A stretch of DNA of 64,000 nucleotides from Gemmatimonadota bacterium. Its GTDB lineage: Bacteria; Gemmatimonadota; Gemmatimonadetes; Longimicrobiales; Gaopeijiaceae. This document shows positions 47,963 through 57,027 of the stretch, piece by piece. Position 1 is the stretch's first letter. Every line of letters starts with the position of its first letter. The stretch lies in contig JAXHMG010000003.1 in the NCBI GenBank assembly GCA_034521595.1, positions 2,496,001-2,560,000 of the forward strand. Reading direction: 5' to 3'. The translations under genes and the position numbers were made by a program. Under the pieces are notes generated by a model. That model saw nothing but the letters and a program-made list of their open reading frames with translations, searched no databases and had not been told where the DNA came from.

Positions 47963-49003
47963 TCAGAAGATCGAGAGCCGCACGTAGCGGCCGGGATTCT
48001 CCCGAAAGTCCGCCAACAGCCGGTCGAGCTGGGCGAGCACGCCCTCCGCCTGGACCGCGAAAGTGGTGTCCGTGAGCAACCGCCCGAGCGAGCCTTCACC
48101 CCGCTCGAGGCGCTCGGTCATACGATCGATGCGCGCGAACGTCGAATCCGCGCGTTGCAACGTTCCGTCCAATCCCCCGGTCGAATCCGTGAGCTGCTCC
48201 ATGATCCTTCGGAGGTCCTGGGACGCGACGGAGACATTCGTGATCATCGAGTCGACCTTCTCGTCGGCGAGCAGGCCGTCCACCCGCTCGAACGACGTCC
48301 GGGCGGCGACCGCGGCGGTCTGGATCTCTCCGAGCGCGCTGTCGGCGTTGGCCGTGAGCGCCTCAGCGACGGCGGCCTGCTGATTCACGAGCGTGCGCAC
48401 CTCCTCGGTGATCGCTTCGATGTTCCCGATGGCGCGGGCCAAATTGTCGGCGGTTTCCTGGTTGAACGCGATCTCGAAGCGCTCGGTGAGCTCCGCCAGG
48501 TTCCCGGAGATCTCCTCGGCCGACGCCGTGAGCCGCGATATCTCCGGAAGCGCATACCCTCCGAGCACGGGCACGGACTCGGGCTGCTCCATGCCACGGC
48601 GATCAACCGTCCGCCGGATGACCGAATCTTCCACCTCGAAGAACGGGAATCGTGGATACGCGTCACGGCTGACGATCTCGGCCTGCCACGCGCCGAACAG
48701 CGATTCGGGACCGAGCACGACACCCGCGTCGTCGGGAAGCGTGACCTCTTCGTCGAGGAGCAAGCTCACCCGCACCGCTTCACCACCGGGCTCCACCTGA
48801 ATCCGTGACACCTGGCCGATGGGAACGCCGCGGTAGGTCACCACGTTGCCTTCGGCGAGCTGGCCGGCGCTTTCCAGGCGGACGTCGATCGGCATCAACG
48901 TCACGCCGAAGTTGGTGCCCTGGAGCCAAAGCGTGCCACCGACACCGACGATGATCGCTCCGATGATGACGAGCCCAACCAGCAGCTCTTTCCCTCGATT
49001 CAT
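47963..49003 (-). CDS. mlaD: MlaD/MCE family protein
   Basis: N-terminal TM, MCE motif VTYRGVPIGQV, helical tail GEGSLGRLL...NPGRY. Confidence 0.88.
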   Translation of the reverse strand: MNRGKELLVGLVIIGAIIVGVGGTLWLQGTNFGVTLMPIDVRLESAGQLAEGNVVTYRGVPIGQVSRIQVEPGGEAVRVSLLLDEEVTLPDDAGVVLGPESLFGAWQAEIVSRDAYPRFPFFEVEDSVIRRTVDRRGMEQPESVPVLGGYALPEISRLTASAEEISGNLAELTERFEIAFNQETADNLARAIGNIEAITEEVRTLVNQQAAVAEALTANADSALGEIQTAAVAARTSFERVDGLLADEKVDSMITNVSVASQDLRRIMEQLTDSTGGLDGTLQRADSTFARIDRMTERLERGEGSLGRLLTDTTFAVQAEGVLAQLDRLLADFRENPGRYVRLSIF

Positions 49004-49749
49004 AGGGCGGACTCCATCAACTCTGGTCTTCCTTCGACGAACCCTTTCACCACCCCGTCGTCCGTGTTGCGGACCTCTTCGGGGCTTCCCTCGAAGCGGA
49101 TGTGCCCCTCGTACAGCATCGCAATCCGGTCCGAAATGCGATATGCGCTCGTCATGTCGTGTGTGATGACGATCCCTGTCACCGAGAGTTCGTCGGCCAT
49201 GCGGATGATCAGGTCGTCGATGACGGCCGTGGTGACCGGATCCAGACCCGTTGTGGGCTCATCGTAGAGAAGGTACTTGGGCTCCGTCGCGATCGCTCTC
49301 GCGAGCCCCGCACGCTTCTGCTGTCCCCCGGAAAGCTCGGCGGGGAGACGAGCACCATATCCCTGGAGATCCACGAGGCGGAGGCACTCGTGCGCGCGGT
49401 CGCGGATCTCGTCGTCCGTATGCGTGCCCATCCGCTTGAGACCCATGCCGACATTCTCCTCGATCGTCATGGAATCGAACAGCGCGGCAAACTGAAAGAC
49501 GTATCCGACCTTCCGGCGGAGCTTGTAGAGCGACTGCTGATCGAGCCTGCCCACGTTCTCGCCATCGACCCAGACCTCGCCCTCGTCCGGACGCAGCAGC
49601 CCGATGATGTGCTTCAGAGCAACCGACTTTCCGGAACCCGATCCACCAATGATGGTCATTGTCTGACCCTCCGCGATCGATACGGAAAAGCCCTTGAGCA
49701 CCTCGTTGCTCCCGAAGGCCTTGTGCACGTCGACCATCTCGATGCTCAT
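49000..49749 (-). CDS. mlaF: MlaF-like ABC ATPase
   Basis: GGSGSGKS, FQFAALFDSMT, LSGGQQKR, YDEPTTGLDP, THD. Confidence 0.9.
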   Translation of the reverse strand: MSIEMVDVHKAFGSNEVLKGFSVSIAEGQTMTIIGGSGSGKSVALKHIIGLLRPDEGEVWVDGENVGRLDQQSLYKLRRKVGYVFQFAALFDSMTIEENVGMGLKRMGTHTDDEIRDRAHECLRLVDLQGYGARLPAELSGGQQKRAGLARAIATEPKYLLYDEPTTGLDPVTTAVIDDLIIRMADELSVTGIVITHDMTSAYRISDRIAMLYEGHIRFEGSPEEVRNTDDGVVKGFVEGRPELMESAL

Positions 49750-50525
49750 AGGAGTACCGCCGCCCAGAAGGCGTCCAGAACGAGGATCACCATGCTCGAC
49801 ACCACGACGGCCCGTGTGGTGGCCCTCCCCACCCCTTCCGCTCCGCCACTCGTATGGAAGCCGAACGCACACCCCACGGCCGTCACCGTGAGCCCGAAAG
49901 AGGCCGATTTGATCAGCGAGTACCTCACGTCGAACGGGAGGAAGAACAGCCGCAGCCCCTTCACGAACTCCTGGGACGACATGTCGAGCAGCGCCATCGA
50001 CGTGACCCACCCGGCCACGACCCCCACACAGTTCGCGAGCGTGACCACGACCGGGAACATGAGAATGCCCGCGAGCACCTTGGGTACCACCAGATACGCG
50101 ATAGGATCGTAGGCTAGAGCCTCCAGCGCGTCGATTTGCTCCGAAACGCGCATCGACCCGAGCTCTGCGGCGATGTTGGCACCGACCCGCCCGGACAGCG
50201 CGAGCCCGGTCAGCACCGGACCCAACTCCAACACCATCGTCTTCCCGACAAGGGTCCCGACGAAGTACAGGGGAACGGCACCCGTGAACGTATAGGACGC
50301 CTGGAGGGCGAGCACGATTCCCGTGAACATCGCGATGAACAGCGCGATAGGAACGGATTCCACACCCACGCGAGCCATCTGGCCGAGCAGGTGGGGCGCC
50401 CAGAGGCCGACCTTCCGCAGGGCGTCGACAGCGTCCGCACCGAGGTATCCGGCCCGGCCGAGCGCGGCTACGCTCGACAAAGCCCCGCGGCCGATCGCCC
50501 GTACAGGATTCAGGATCGCTTCCAT
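49746..50525 (-). CDS. mlaE: MlaE-like ABC permease
   Basis: ELGPVLT, AELGSMRVSEQIDAL, GGAEGVGRATT. Confidence 0.92.
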   Translation of the reverse strand: MEAILNPVRAIGRGALSSVAALGRAGYLGADAVDALRKVGLWAPHLLGQMARVGVESVPIALFIAMFTGIVLALQASYTFTGAVPLYFVGTLVGKTMVLELGPVLTGLALSGRVGANIAAELGSMRVSEQIDALEALAYDPIAYLVVPKVLAGILMFPVVVTLANCVGVVAGWVTSMALLDMSSQEFVKGLRLFFLPFDVRYSLIKSASFGLTVTAVGCAFGFHTSGGAEGVGRATTRAVVVSSMVILVLDAFWAAVLL

Positions 50526-50588
50526 ACCCGATTATACTACGGATGAGGCCAATGCACAGAGGGGGCGACCTCTAGCGAGTGGCTCGCG

Positions 50589-50936
50589 TCAGTCGTGGAC
50601 CGGGGCGCGCTCCAGCGTGAACTCCACTTCCTCGGTCCGTCCATCGCCCGCCGAGACCTCGTACGCGACCCGCACCCGTCGCACCGCCGAGCCCGGATCG
50701 GTGACCGCCACCTCGAAGTCGAGATCCTGGTCGGCCGACGTGATTCTCGTGCGCACCCGCTCGCCGGGCTGTGCCTCGGGTAGCCCCGGATTCCGGAAGA
50801 GCGTCTTGGTCGACTGGCGACCGCTTTCGAGCTGCCGGGTGACCTTCACGAGGCGAAGCCAGTCCGGTTGATAACTCACACCGTACACGTAGCCCCGCTG
50901 GTCGGCACCCGTCCCGTCCCGGTTGTGTCGTGCCAC
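50589..50936 (-). CDS. Hypothetical protein
   Basis: GTG start with GGAGG RBS; 115 aa; no recognised motif. Confidence 0.65.
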   Translation of the reverse strand: MARHNRDGTGADQRGYVYGVSYQPDWLRLVKVTRQLESGRQSTKTLFRNPGLPEAQPGERVRTRITSADQDLDFEVAVTDPGSAVRRVRVAYEVSAGDGRTEEVEFTLERAPVHD

Positions 50937-51093
50937 CCGGCCCCTCCGCGAGCTCAGTATTCCTAAAAAAAGTGATCAAACAAATGTTTCTCGCCAACCC
51001 GGTGAATTGTCAAGATCACCCTTCGACGACCGCGGGATGACCTGTGACATACGCGATGTTCGTCGCCACCGGTATGCGCGAATTATTCACGAA

Positions 51094-52254
51094 TTACACA
51101 CGCAACGGCACGGGGACGAAGGAGAGAAAAAAGATCAAGATGAGGATCACGCCGAGGACGAAGCGGGTCTTCCCGATCTCGGGTGCCCGCTGGATCACGG
51201 GCGGATGCGTGACCTTCCCCCGATGGAGCACCGCGATCAGCCCGCCCCAGGCCCACCACCCCCACCACACGAACCCGAGCGGCACCATGGCCACGAGGAA
51301 CCACCGTGCCGCCTTCGCCGAGCGTGCCGGATGCATCGCATAGAGGACGTGCCCTCCATCCAACTGGCCCAGCGGTAACAGGTTGAGAGCCGTCACGAAG
51401 AGGCCCAGCCAACCCACGAGCGCCAGGGGATGGAGGAGGATCGGAGCTTCGCCGAGCGGCATGGGCAAAGCCAACGATGCTACGAAGTGCGTCATCAGGC
51501 CATTTCCCAGCCACACCGGCTGGCCTGCGAAGCGAATCAAAAACGGGGTGCCGATGGAAGCGTCGCCCGGCACCGGCTGGGACAGCGCCAAGCCGACCGC
51601 GAGGAGAGGAATCGAAAGGACGAAGCTGACCAACGGCCCGGCGGCGCCCACGTCGAAGAGCGTGGACCTCCGCACGGTCGGGCCCTTGAGCCGGATGAAA
51701 GCCCCCACGGTGCCGATGATCGAGAAGTACGGAGGGAAAGGAATCACGTAGGGCAAGGAGGCTCGCACCCGGTGCGCGCGAGCCGCCACGTAGTGGCCCA
51801 TCTCGTGGGCGAGCAGCACCCCCAGGAACGGCAGAGCGAAAAGCGCACCGCCGAGGAGGGTCTCCCACTGCACCCCCGACGGATACGGAAGGAAGAAGCC
51901 GCCGAGGTCGAGCGCGCGCGTGCGAAACGGATCGCGCCCACCCATGAGCGCGCCCGCGGCGAGGGTGGTCACGAGGGTGACGGCGAGCAGCGCCGCGTGG
52001 AGCCATGGCACGCCCGACCGCTCGGACCGCATCTCGAACACCAGGACGACGTGCGTCACGCCGTCGCGATGATCGAGGTACGCGGGAGCAGGCCAGGCTT
52101 CGAGCGCCTCCACGACCTCGGGCGAAGCCCCGTCGAGTCCCGGTCGGAGCGTGCCCTCCAACACCGTATCGTGGGGTAGCGTCGTGAGGCGATAGGAGTC
52201 CAGCAACGGCAACCACACGGCCGGATCGAGCTTGACCGGCTTTCCGGCGCCCAT
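51094..52254 (-). CDS. Site-2 protease (peptidase M50) family
   Basis: [21 protein letters not shown] motifs within TM segments. Confidence 0.92.
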   Translation of the reverse strand: MGAGKPVKLDPAVWLPLLDSYRLTTLPHDTVLEGTLRPGLDGASPEVVEALEAWPAPAYLDHRDGVTHVVLVFEMRSERSGVPWLHAALLAVTLVTTLAAGALMGGRDPFRTRALDLGGFFLPYPSGVQWETLLGGALFALPFLGVLLAHEMGHYVAARAHRVRASLPYVIPFPPYFSIIGTVGAFIRLKGPTVRRSTLFDVGAAGPLVSFVLSIPLLAVGLALSQPVPGDASIGTPFLIRFAGQPVWLGNGLMTHFVASLALPMPLGEAPILLHPLALVGWLGLFVTALNLLPLGQLDGGHVLYAMHPARSAKAARWFLVAMVPLGFVWWGWWAWGGLIAVLHRGKVTHPPVIQRAPEIGKTRFVLGVILILIFFLSFVPVPLRV

Positions 52255-52427
52255 TAGTATCGCCTCATCTTGGATATTTAGCTGTCGTTCCGTCCAGCGA
52301 GCCTTCCCTCCCGTCGCCGCTCGCGGGCTCTCTGCCCGTCACGGTCACGCCTGCCACCCAGCATCCGCCCTCCGGCGAGCCGCCGCAGCCGGCGCTCCCT
52401 CCAGGGTCTCACCACCGGAGCCCTCCT

Positions 52428-53687
52428 GTGGACATCGCAGAGCTCAAGAGCAAGAGCCTCGGGGAGTTACACGACCTGGCGGGCGAGCTGAACATCAGCG
52501 ACGCCGAGAATCTCCGCAAGCCGGACCTGATCTCCAAGATCGAGGCGGGGCTGTCGTCCACCGAAGTCGGTCTGCGGGGTGAGGGCGTCCTCGAGGTGCT
52601 TTCCGAGGGATATGGGTTCCTCCGCTCCACGGAGTGGAACTACACGGCCGGCCCCGACGACATCTACGTGAGCCCGTCTCAGATCAAGCGCTTCGGTCTG
52701 CGAACCGGGGACGGAGTCACGGGGCAGGTCCGCCCCCCGAAGGACGGCGAACGGTATCTGGCGCTCCTCAAGGTCGAAGCGATCAACGGGCTCGACCCCG
52801 AATCGGCTTCAGGCCGGCAGGACTTCGAGGAGCTGCGGCCGCAATACCCGTCGGAGCGCCTGCGCCTGGAGGTTGCGGGAGCGGGAGGCAGCCTGGCGAT
52901 GCGGGTCATCGACCTGATCGCCCCGGTCGGGAAGGGCCAGCGCGGCCTGATCGTGTCGCCCCCGAAAGCGGGAAAGACGACGATCCTTCAGCAGATGGCC
53001 AACGCGGTCACCCGGAATGCTCCGGACGTGACCCTTTTCGTGCTCCTCATCGACGAGCGCCCCGAAGAGGTTTCGGACATGCGCGCGCAGGTGGACGCGG
53101 AAGTGCTCGCCTCGACCTTCGACGAGCCCACGGACCACCACGTGGAGGTCGCGGAGATGGTGCTCAACCGGGCCAAGCGACTGGTCGAGCACGGCAAGGA
53201 CGTCGTGATCCTCCTGGATTCCATCACGCGCCTCGCGCGCGCTTACAACGCGACCGTCCCGCACTCGGGGAAGATCCTGTCCGGGGGTATCGACGCCAAC
53301 GCCCTCCAGAAGCCGAAGCGATTCTTCGGATCCGCCCGCGACATCGAAAATGGGGGCTCGCTGACCATCGTGGCCACGGCGCTCATCGAGACGGGGAGCC
53401 GCATGGACGAGGTGATCTTCGAAGAGTTCAAGGGAACGGGGAACATGGAGCTGGTCCTCGACCGGCAGATCTCGGACCGCCGGATCTTCCCTGCCATCAA
53501 CCTGAACAAGTCGAGCACCCGGAAGGAAGAGCTGCTTCTGAGCGAGACGGAGCTCAACCGCGTCTACCTGCTCCGCCATTTCCTCGCCGACATGCCGCCG
53601 CCGGAAGCGATCGAGTTCTTGCTGGCCCGCATGGGGGAGACGGCGAGCAATCGGGAATTCCTGGACGCCATGGCGAAGGGGGAGTAG
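52428..53687 (+). CDS. rho: Transcription termination factor Rho
   Basis: [62 protein letters not shown]. Confidence 0.98.
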   Translation: MDIAELKSKSLGELHDLAGELNISDAENLRKPDLISKIEAGLSSTEVGLRGEGVLEVLSEGYGFLRSTEWNYTAGPDDIYVSPSQIKRFGLRTGDGVTGQVRPPKDGERYLALLKVEAINGLDPESASGRQDFEELRPQYPSERLRLEVAGAGGSLAMRVIDLIAPVGKGQRGLIVSPPKAGKTTILQQMANAVTRNAPDVTLFVLLIDERPEEVSDMRAQVDAEVLASTFDEPTDHHVEVAEMVLNRAKRLVEHGKDVVILLDSITRLARAYNATVPHSGKILSGGIDANALQKPKRFFGSARDIENGGSLTIVATALIETGSRMDEVIFEEFKGTGNMELVLDRQISDRRIFPAINLNKSSTRKEELLLSETELNRVYLLRHFLADMPPPEAIEFLLARMGETASNREFLDAMAKGE

Positions 53688-53695
53688 ACGGGGGT

Positions 53696-53799
53696 GTCGG
53701 TTCGCGGGCGCGGGACGCTCCGCTCTGGGCATCTTTCCCGCACCTCCCCCATCCGCACACGATGCAACGGCGCTCCGCGTCCCGCGCCCGCGAACCGAC
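53696..53799 (-). repeat. Hairpin repeat element, copy 1 (inverted orientation)
   Basis: Perfect 23-bp terminal inverted repeat; the minus-strand core GAGCG.CGTTGCATC...GGTGCGG...AGATGCCCAGAGCG is shared with copies 2 and 3. Confidence 0.8.
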
Positions 53800-53846
53800 C
53801 ACACCGTTACGGGTGAGGGGTCGGACCTCCGCTCCGGTGGGGGCGG

Positions 53847-53939
53847 CGGGGGAGGCTGGACGCAGAGCGGCGTTGCATCCGGCGGGGGAGGCGGCCGGTG
53901 CGGTGTAGATGCCCAGAGCGACGCGTCCAGCCTCCCCCG
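53847..53939 (+). repeat. Hairpin repeat element, copy 2
   Basis: 17-bp inverted repeat CGGGGGAGGCTGGACGC / GCGTCCAGCCTCCCCCG around the conserved core. Confidence 0.85.
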
Positions 53940-54041
53940 GCGGTCCCACAGCTACGGTAGGACGACAACACTCACTCCGGGGGGCCATCAGCTCCACTCG
54001 ACGACCGTACGCCACTCGCTAACGTCACCACCACGGTCGGA

Positions 54042-54145
54042 GCGGCGGGGGAGGCGGGGACGCAGAGCGGCGTTGCATCCGGCGGAGGGAGGCGGCCGGT
54101 GCGGTGTAGATGCCCAGAGCGGCGCGTCCCCGCCTCCCCCGCCGC
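54042..54145 (+). repeat. Hairpin repeat element, copy 3
   Basis: 22-bp inverted repeat GCGGCGGGGGAGGCGGGGACGC / GCGTCCCCGCCTCCCCCGCCGC; core nearly identical to copy 2. Confidence 0.85.
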
Positions 54146-54196
54146 CATCCCACCAGGGCCGTGGCAGTCACCAGTGCACGGCGTACGGGCGAACTC

Positions 54197-54715
54197 CTAC
54201 TCTTCCAGGATGTCCTCGTAGCGCGGGTTCACGACGAGCTGATCCCCGTCGAAGACCTTCCTGTCCCACGGGAATATGACGTTGGCGTCGGTCGTGAGCG
54301 CGGAGTAGTCCGGCTGATAGCCCGTCGTACGGGCGAAGCTCGTCGCGGTGCGGACCTCGGAGGGGTGCGCGTCGCGCACGGCGGCGAGCGCGAGCCGCAG
54401 GGTGTCGCCGGAGCTGGTGACCTCGTCGACGATCAGCACCCGCTTCCCTTCGATGAGCCGGGGGGCCGCCGAGAGGATCTCCGGACGCTGGCGAACCTCG
54501 TCCCCGTAGTGGCGCGAGATGTTCATCGAGTAGAAGTCGACACGCAGGATCGACGACATCACGGCGCCCGGAATGACTCCGGCCCGCGCGATCCCGATGA
54601 TCGCCTCCGGCGCGTAATCACGCGCGACCTTCAGGGCCAGCGCCCGACAGAGCTCGCCGAACATGGTCCAGTCGAGCTCGAGGTGCTCGGTGGGGAGGGA
54701 ATCAAACGTCGCCAT
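54197..54715 (-). CDS. Type I phosphoribosyltransferase
   Basis: IGIARAG, VLIVDEVTSSGDTL PRPP-binding loop, IFPW. Confidence 0.88.
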   Translation of the reverse strand: MATFDSLPTEHLELDWTMFGELCRALALKVARDYAPEAIIGIARAGVIPGAVMSSILRVDFYSMNISRHYGDEVRQRPEILSAAPRLIEGKRVLIVDEVTSSGDTLRLALAAVRDAHPSEVRTATSFARTTGYQPDYSALTTDANVIFPWDRKVFDGDQLVVNPRYEDILEE

Positions 54716-54913
54716 GGGTTGCGTTGCTCCTGCTCGGGTCCGCACGAGCGCCGCTTGCGCTCGCCTCCCGGAACGGCGAAGACCGCGTGCGCGCGAGAGT
54801 GCCGGGGGCCTTAACCTACAACAACCGCTCAGCGGTGACAGTCGGGGCACACCGGCTTAGCAGCCCGTGGTAGGGCGCTTGACGGCGTGGTACCGGGCGA
54901 CAAGCTTCGGGCC

Positions 54914-55354
54914 ATGTCCGATTCGATTCCGGCGGAAGCCGAGCGTAAGCTCGAGCAGGCACTCGAAGCGAGTGGCGCGCGGGACCCCCGCGAGTTCTAC
55001 CGGGAGCGACTGCGGGAGCTCAAGCAGAGCGATGCCACGGCCTACGAGCATGCGGTCGCCTACTACCGCGACACGCTGCTCCCGGCGATCGCGAACGGTG
55101 ACCAGGATCCGCTCGACGCTTGGACGGAATACGGGCGCACGCTGGCGGTCGCCTTGGCCCCGGGACGTACGGTACGGATCGACACCACCGGCAAAGCACA
55201 CCCGTACGAACGGCCGAACCGGGCCGATCTCGTCCTCCAGATCCCCGAGGGGAAGGGGCGAGCGGTCCTCATAGCCTTGCCGCCCCAGCCGACCCGCGCA
55301 CAAAGAGCCGCCTACGACGTCCTGGTCGCAGGCAAGACCCGCACGACTGACTGA
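54914..55354 (+). CDS. Hypothetical protein
   Basis: Protein-like helical ORF filling the gap between opposite-strand genes. Confidence 0.7.
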   Translation: MSDSIPAEAERKLEQALEASGARDPREFYRERLRELKQSDATAYEHAVAYYRDTLLPAIANGDQDPLDAWTEYGRTLAVALAPGRTVRIDTTGKAHPYERPNRADLVLQIPEGKGRAVLIALPPQPTRAQRAAYDVLVAGKTRTTD

Positions 55355-55438
55355 CCGGATCTCGCGTGCCCTCGAGCGCGACCGAGCGCACTCCAGCGAG
55401 GCATCGCAATCACGGGGCGGGCCCGGTCCGAGACCCCG

Positions 55439-55933
55439 TCAGCCGACGCTCTCGAAGATCCCCGTGTCACGGTTCTTCCGAACGTTGTCCCACGGGAAGA
55501 TCCGTCCATTCATGACGATGTAGACACCCGGATCGAGGATCTGCACGGCGGTGAGGGCGCCCCCCAGATTGAACAGTCCGTCCGAGGAACCGAACGTGAT
55601 CGGAATCATCGCTCCGGTCATCACGATCGTACGGTCCGGGACGGCGCGGGCCAGGGCGGCGGCGGTATCGACCATGGTATCGGTCCCGTGCGTGATTACG
55701 ATGTGGCGCTCGGGCACTCGGGCGCAGTTCCGCGCGACGGTCTCCCGGTCGGCGTCCGTCATCTCGAGGGAGTCGATCATCATCAAAGTCCGGACACGCA
55801 CGTCGAGCCGGCACCGTCCCATCTCGAGCATCTGAGGCAGGTGCGTGTCACTGAACTGGAGGGTCCCGTGGATCTCGTCGTACTCCTTGTCGAAGGTCCC
55901 CCCGGTGACGAACAACCTGATGGGTGGAGACAT
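55439..55933 (-). CDS. Short L-asparaginase (N-terminal domain only)
   Basis: TGGT, IDSLEM, HGTDTM, TGAMIP, SDGLFNL motifs; 164 aa. Confidence 0.88.
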   Translation of the reverse strand: MSPPIRLFVTGGTFDKEYDEIHGTLQFSDTHLPQMLEMGRCRLDVRVRTLMMIDSLEMTDADRETVARNCARVPERHIVITHGTDTMVDTAAALARAVPDRTIVMTGAMIPITFGSSDGLFNLGGALTAVQILDPGVYIVMNGRIFPWDNVRKNRDTGIFESVG

Positions 55934-55949
55934 CACGCCCGCGCCCCGC

Positions 55950-56927
55950 TCATTCGAAGGCGTCCGGCACCACCTCGTACATCTTCGAGGCCATCTGGTC
56001 CGCCGAACACATCGTGGACAGGTCGAGCTCGAAGTCGGGGCGCTCGGACGGTTGGAGCTTCCCGAGGAGCTCCCGGATCTCACGGGCGGAGAGGCCCAGC
56101 CCGGCCAGCTCCTCGTGGCCGAGCGCAGCTCCGTCGCGGACCCGGATGCCGTCGTCCGTCGGCTCGAGCAGGCGCGCCAAGGCGTTGCGCTCGGCCAAGC
56201 TGAGCGGCTCACCGCCCAGGTCGTAGTCGATCCAGGCCTCGTAGCTGAGCGGAGCCACACGCTTGACCATGGCCGCGATCACCTCCGCGAAAGCGCGGAT
56301 CTCGTACTGCGCGCGGGGATCGACGCGCAGCGAGAGGAAGTGCAGCAGGTTGTGGAGATCGATCTTCCAGTACCACTGCGTATAGGTCGAGACGGGAAGG
56401 TCGATGCGGGCGATCTCGCGCGCGACATCCTCCTCGAGCAGCCATCCGTAGGTCCCCCCCGCATCGGTCCGGAGGCGCTCCCAGCGCTCGACGGCCTCCC
56501 GATACACCTCGGGCGGCGCGCCGGCGTCCCGCCCCTGCTTGTTGGTGCGGCTCTGGAGGGCGAAATGTTCTTCGTCGGGCGTGTAGAAGAGGAGCGGCAT
56601 CAGGGAGTACCGGGCGGAGAGCTCGTTGACCGACGCCGTACGATGCCGGATCCACTGGCGAGCGACGAACATCGGCATCGCACAGTGGAACTTGAGCTCC
56701 ACCATCTCCGAGGGCGTGGTGTGGCGGTGCCGCCGCAAGAATCGGAGCAGGCCTCTCGTTTGGGACACTTTACGCGTCCCGAATCCGTAGCTCACCCGAG
56801 CGGCGCGCTCCACGTCCCCGTCGGACCCCATGTAGTCCACGAGTGCGACGAATCCGTGGTCCAACACGGGAAAATAGCCACCGACGATCTCCTCGGCGGC
56901 GGCGGTGGTCGGGCGTCGGGTTTCCAT
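55950..56927 (-). CDS. thyX: FAD-dependent thymidylate synthase
   Basis: AARVSY, RHRTASVNELSARY ThyX motif, AREIARIDLP, AQYEIR. Confidence 0.96.
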   Translation of the reverse strand: METRRPTTAAAEEIVGGYFPVLDHGFVALVDYMGSDGDVERAARVSYGFGTRKVSQTRGLLRFLRRHRHTTPSEMVELKFHCAMPMFVARQWIRHRTASVNELSARYSLMPLLFYTPDEEHFALQSRTNKQGRDAGAPPEVYREAVERWERLRTDAGGTYGWLLEEDVAREIARIDLPVSTYTQWYWKIDLHNLLHFLSLRVDPRAQYEIRAFAEVIAAMVKRVAPLSYEAWIDYDLGGEPLSLAERNALARLLEPTDDGIRVRDGAALGHEELAGLGLSAREIRELLGKLQPSERPDFELDLSTMCSADQMASKMYEVVPDAFE

Positions 56928-57027
56928 GGCGCTGGGGATCGGGGAGAAGAGGTCGTTCGAATCTCGACCGGCGGCACGCTCGACGGAAGGGATGGACGCG
57001 AGCCGGAAACCCCGCACCGCCGGAGGA

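Noticed and set aside
53696-54145. Possible CRISPR array or integron attC sites
   Set aside because: Units are about 100 bp, in mixed orientation with irregular spacing; no cas or integrase gene nearby and no RYYYAAC/GTTRRRY ends.
55439-55933. Asparaginase as a truncated pseudogene
   Set aside because: Both catalytic Thr motifs are intact, the ORF ends cleanly, and short single-domain asparaginases are a known form.
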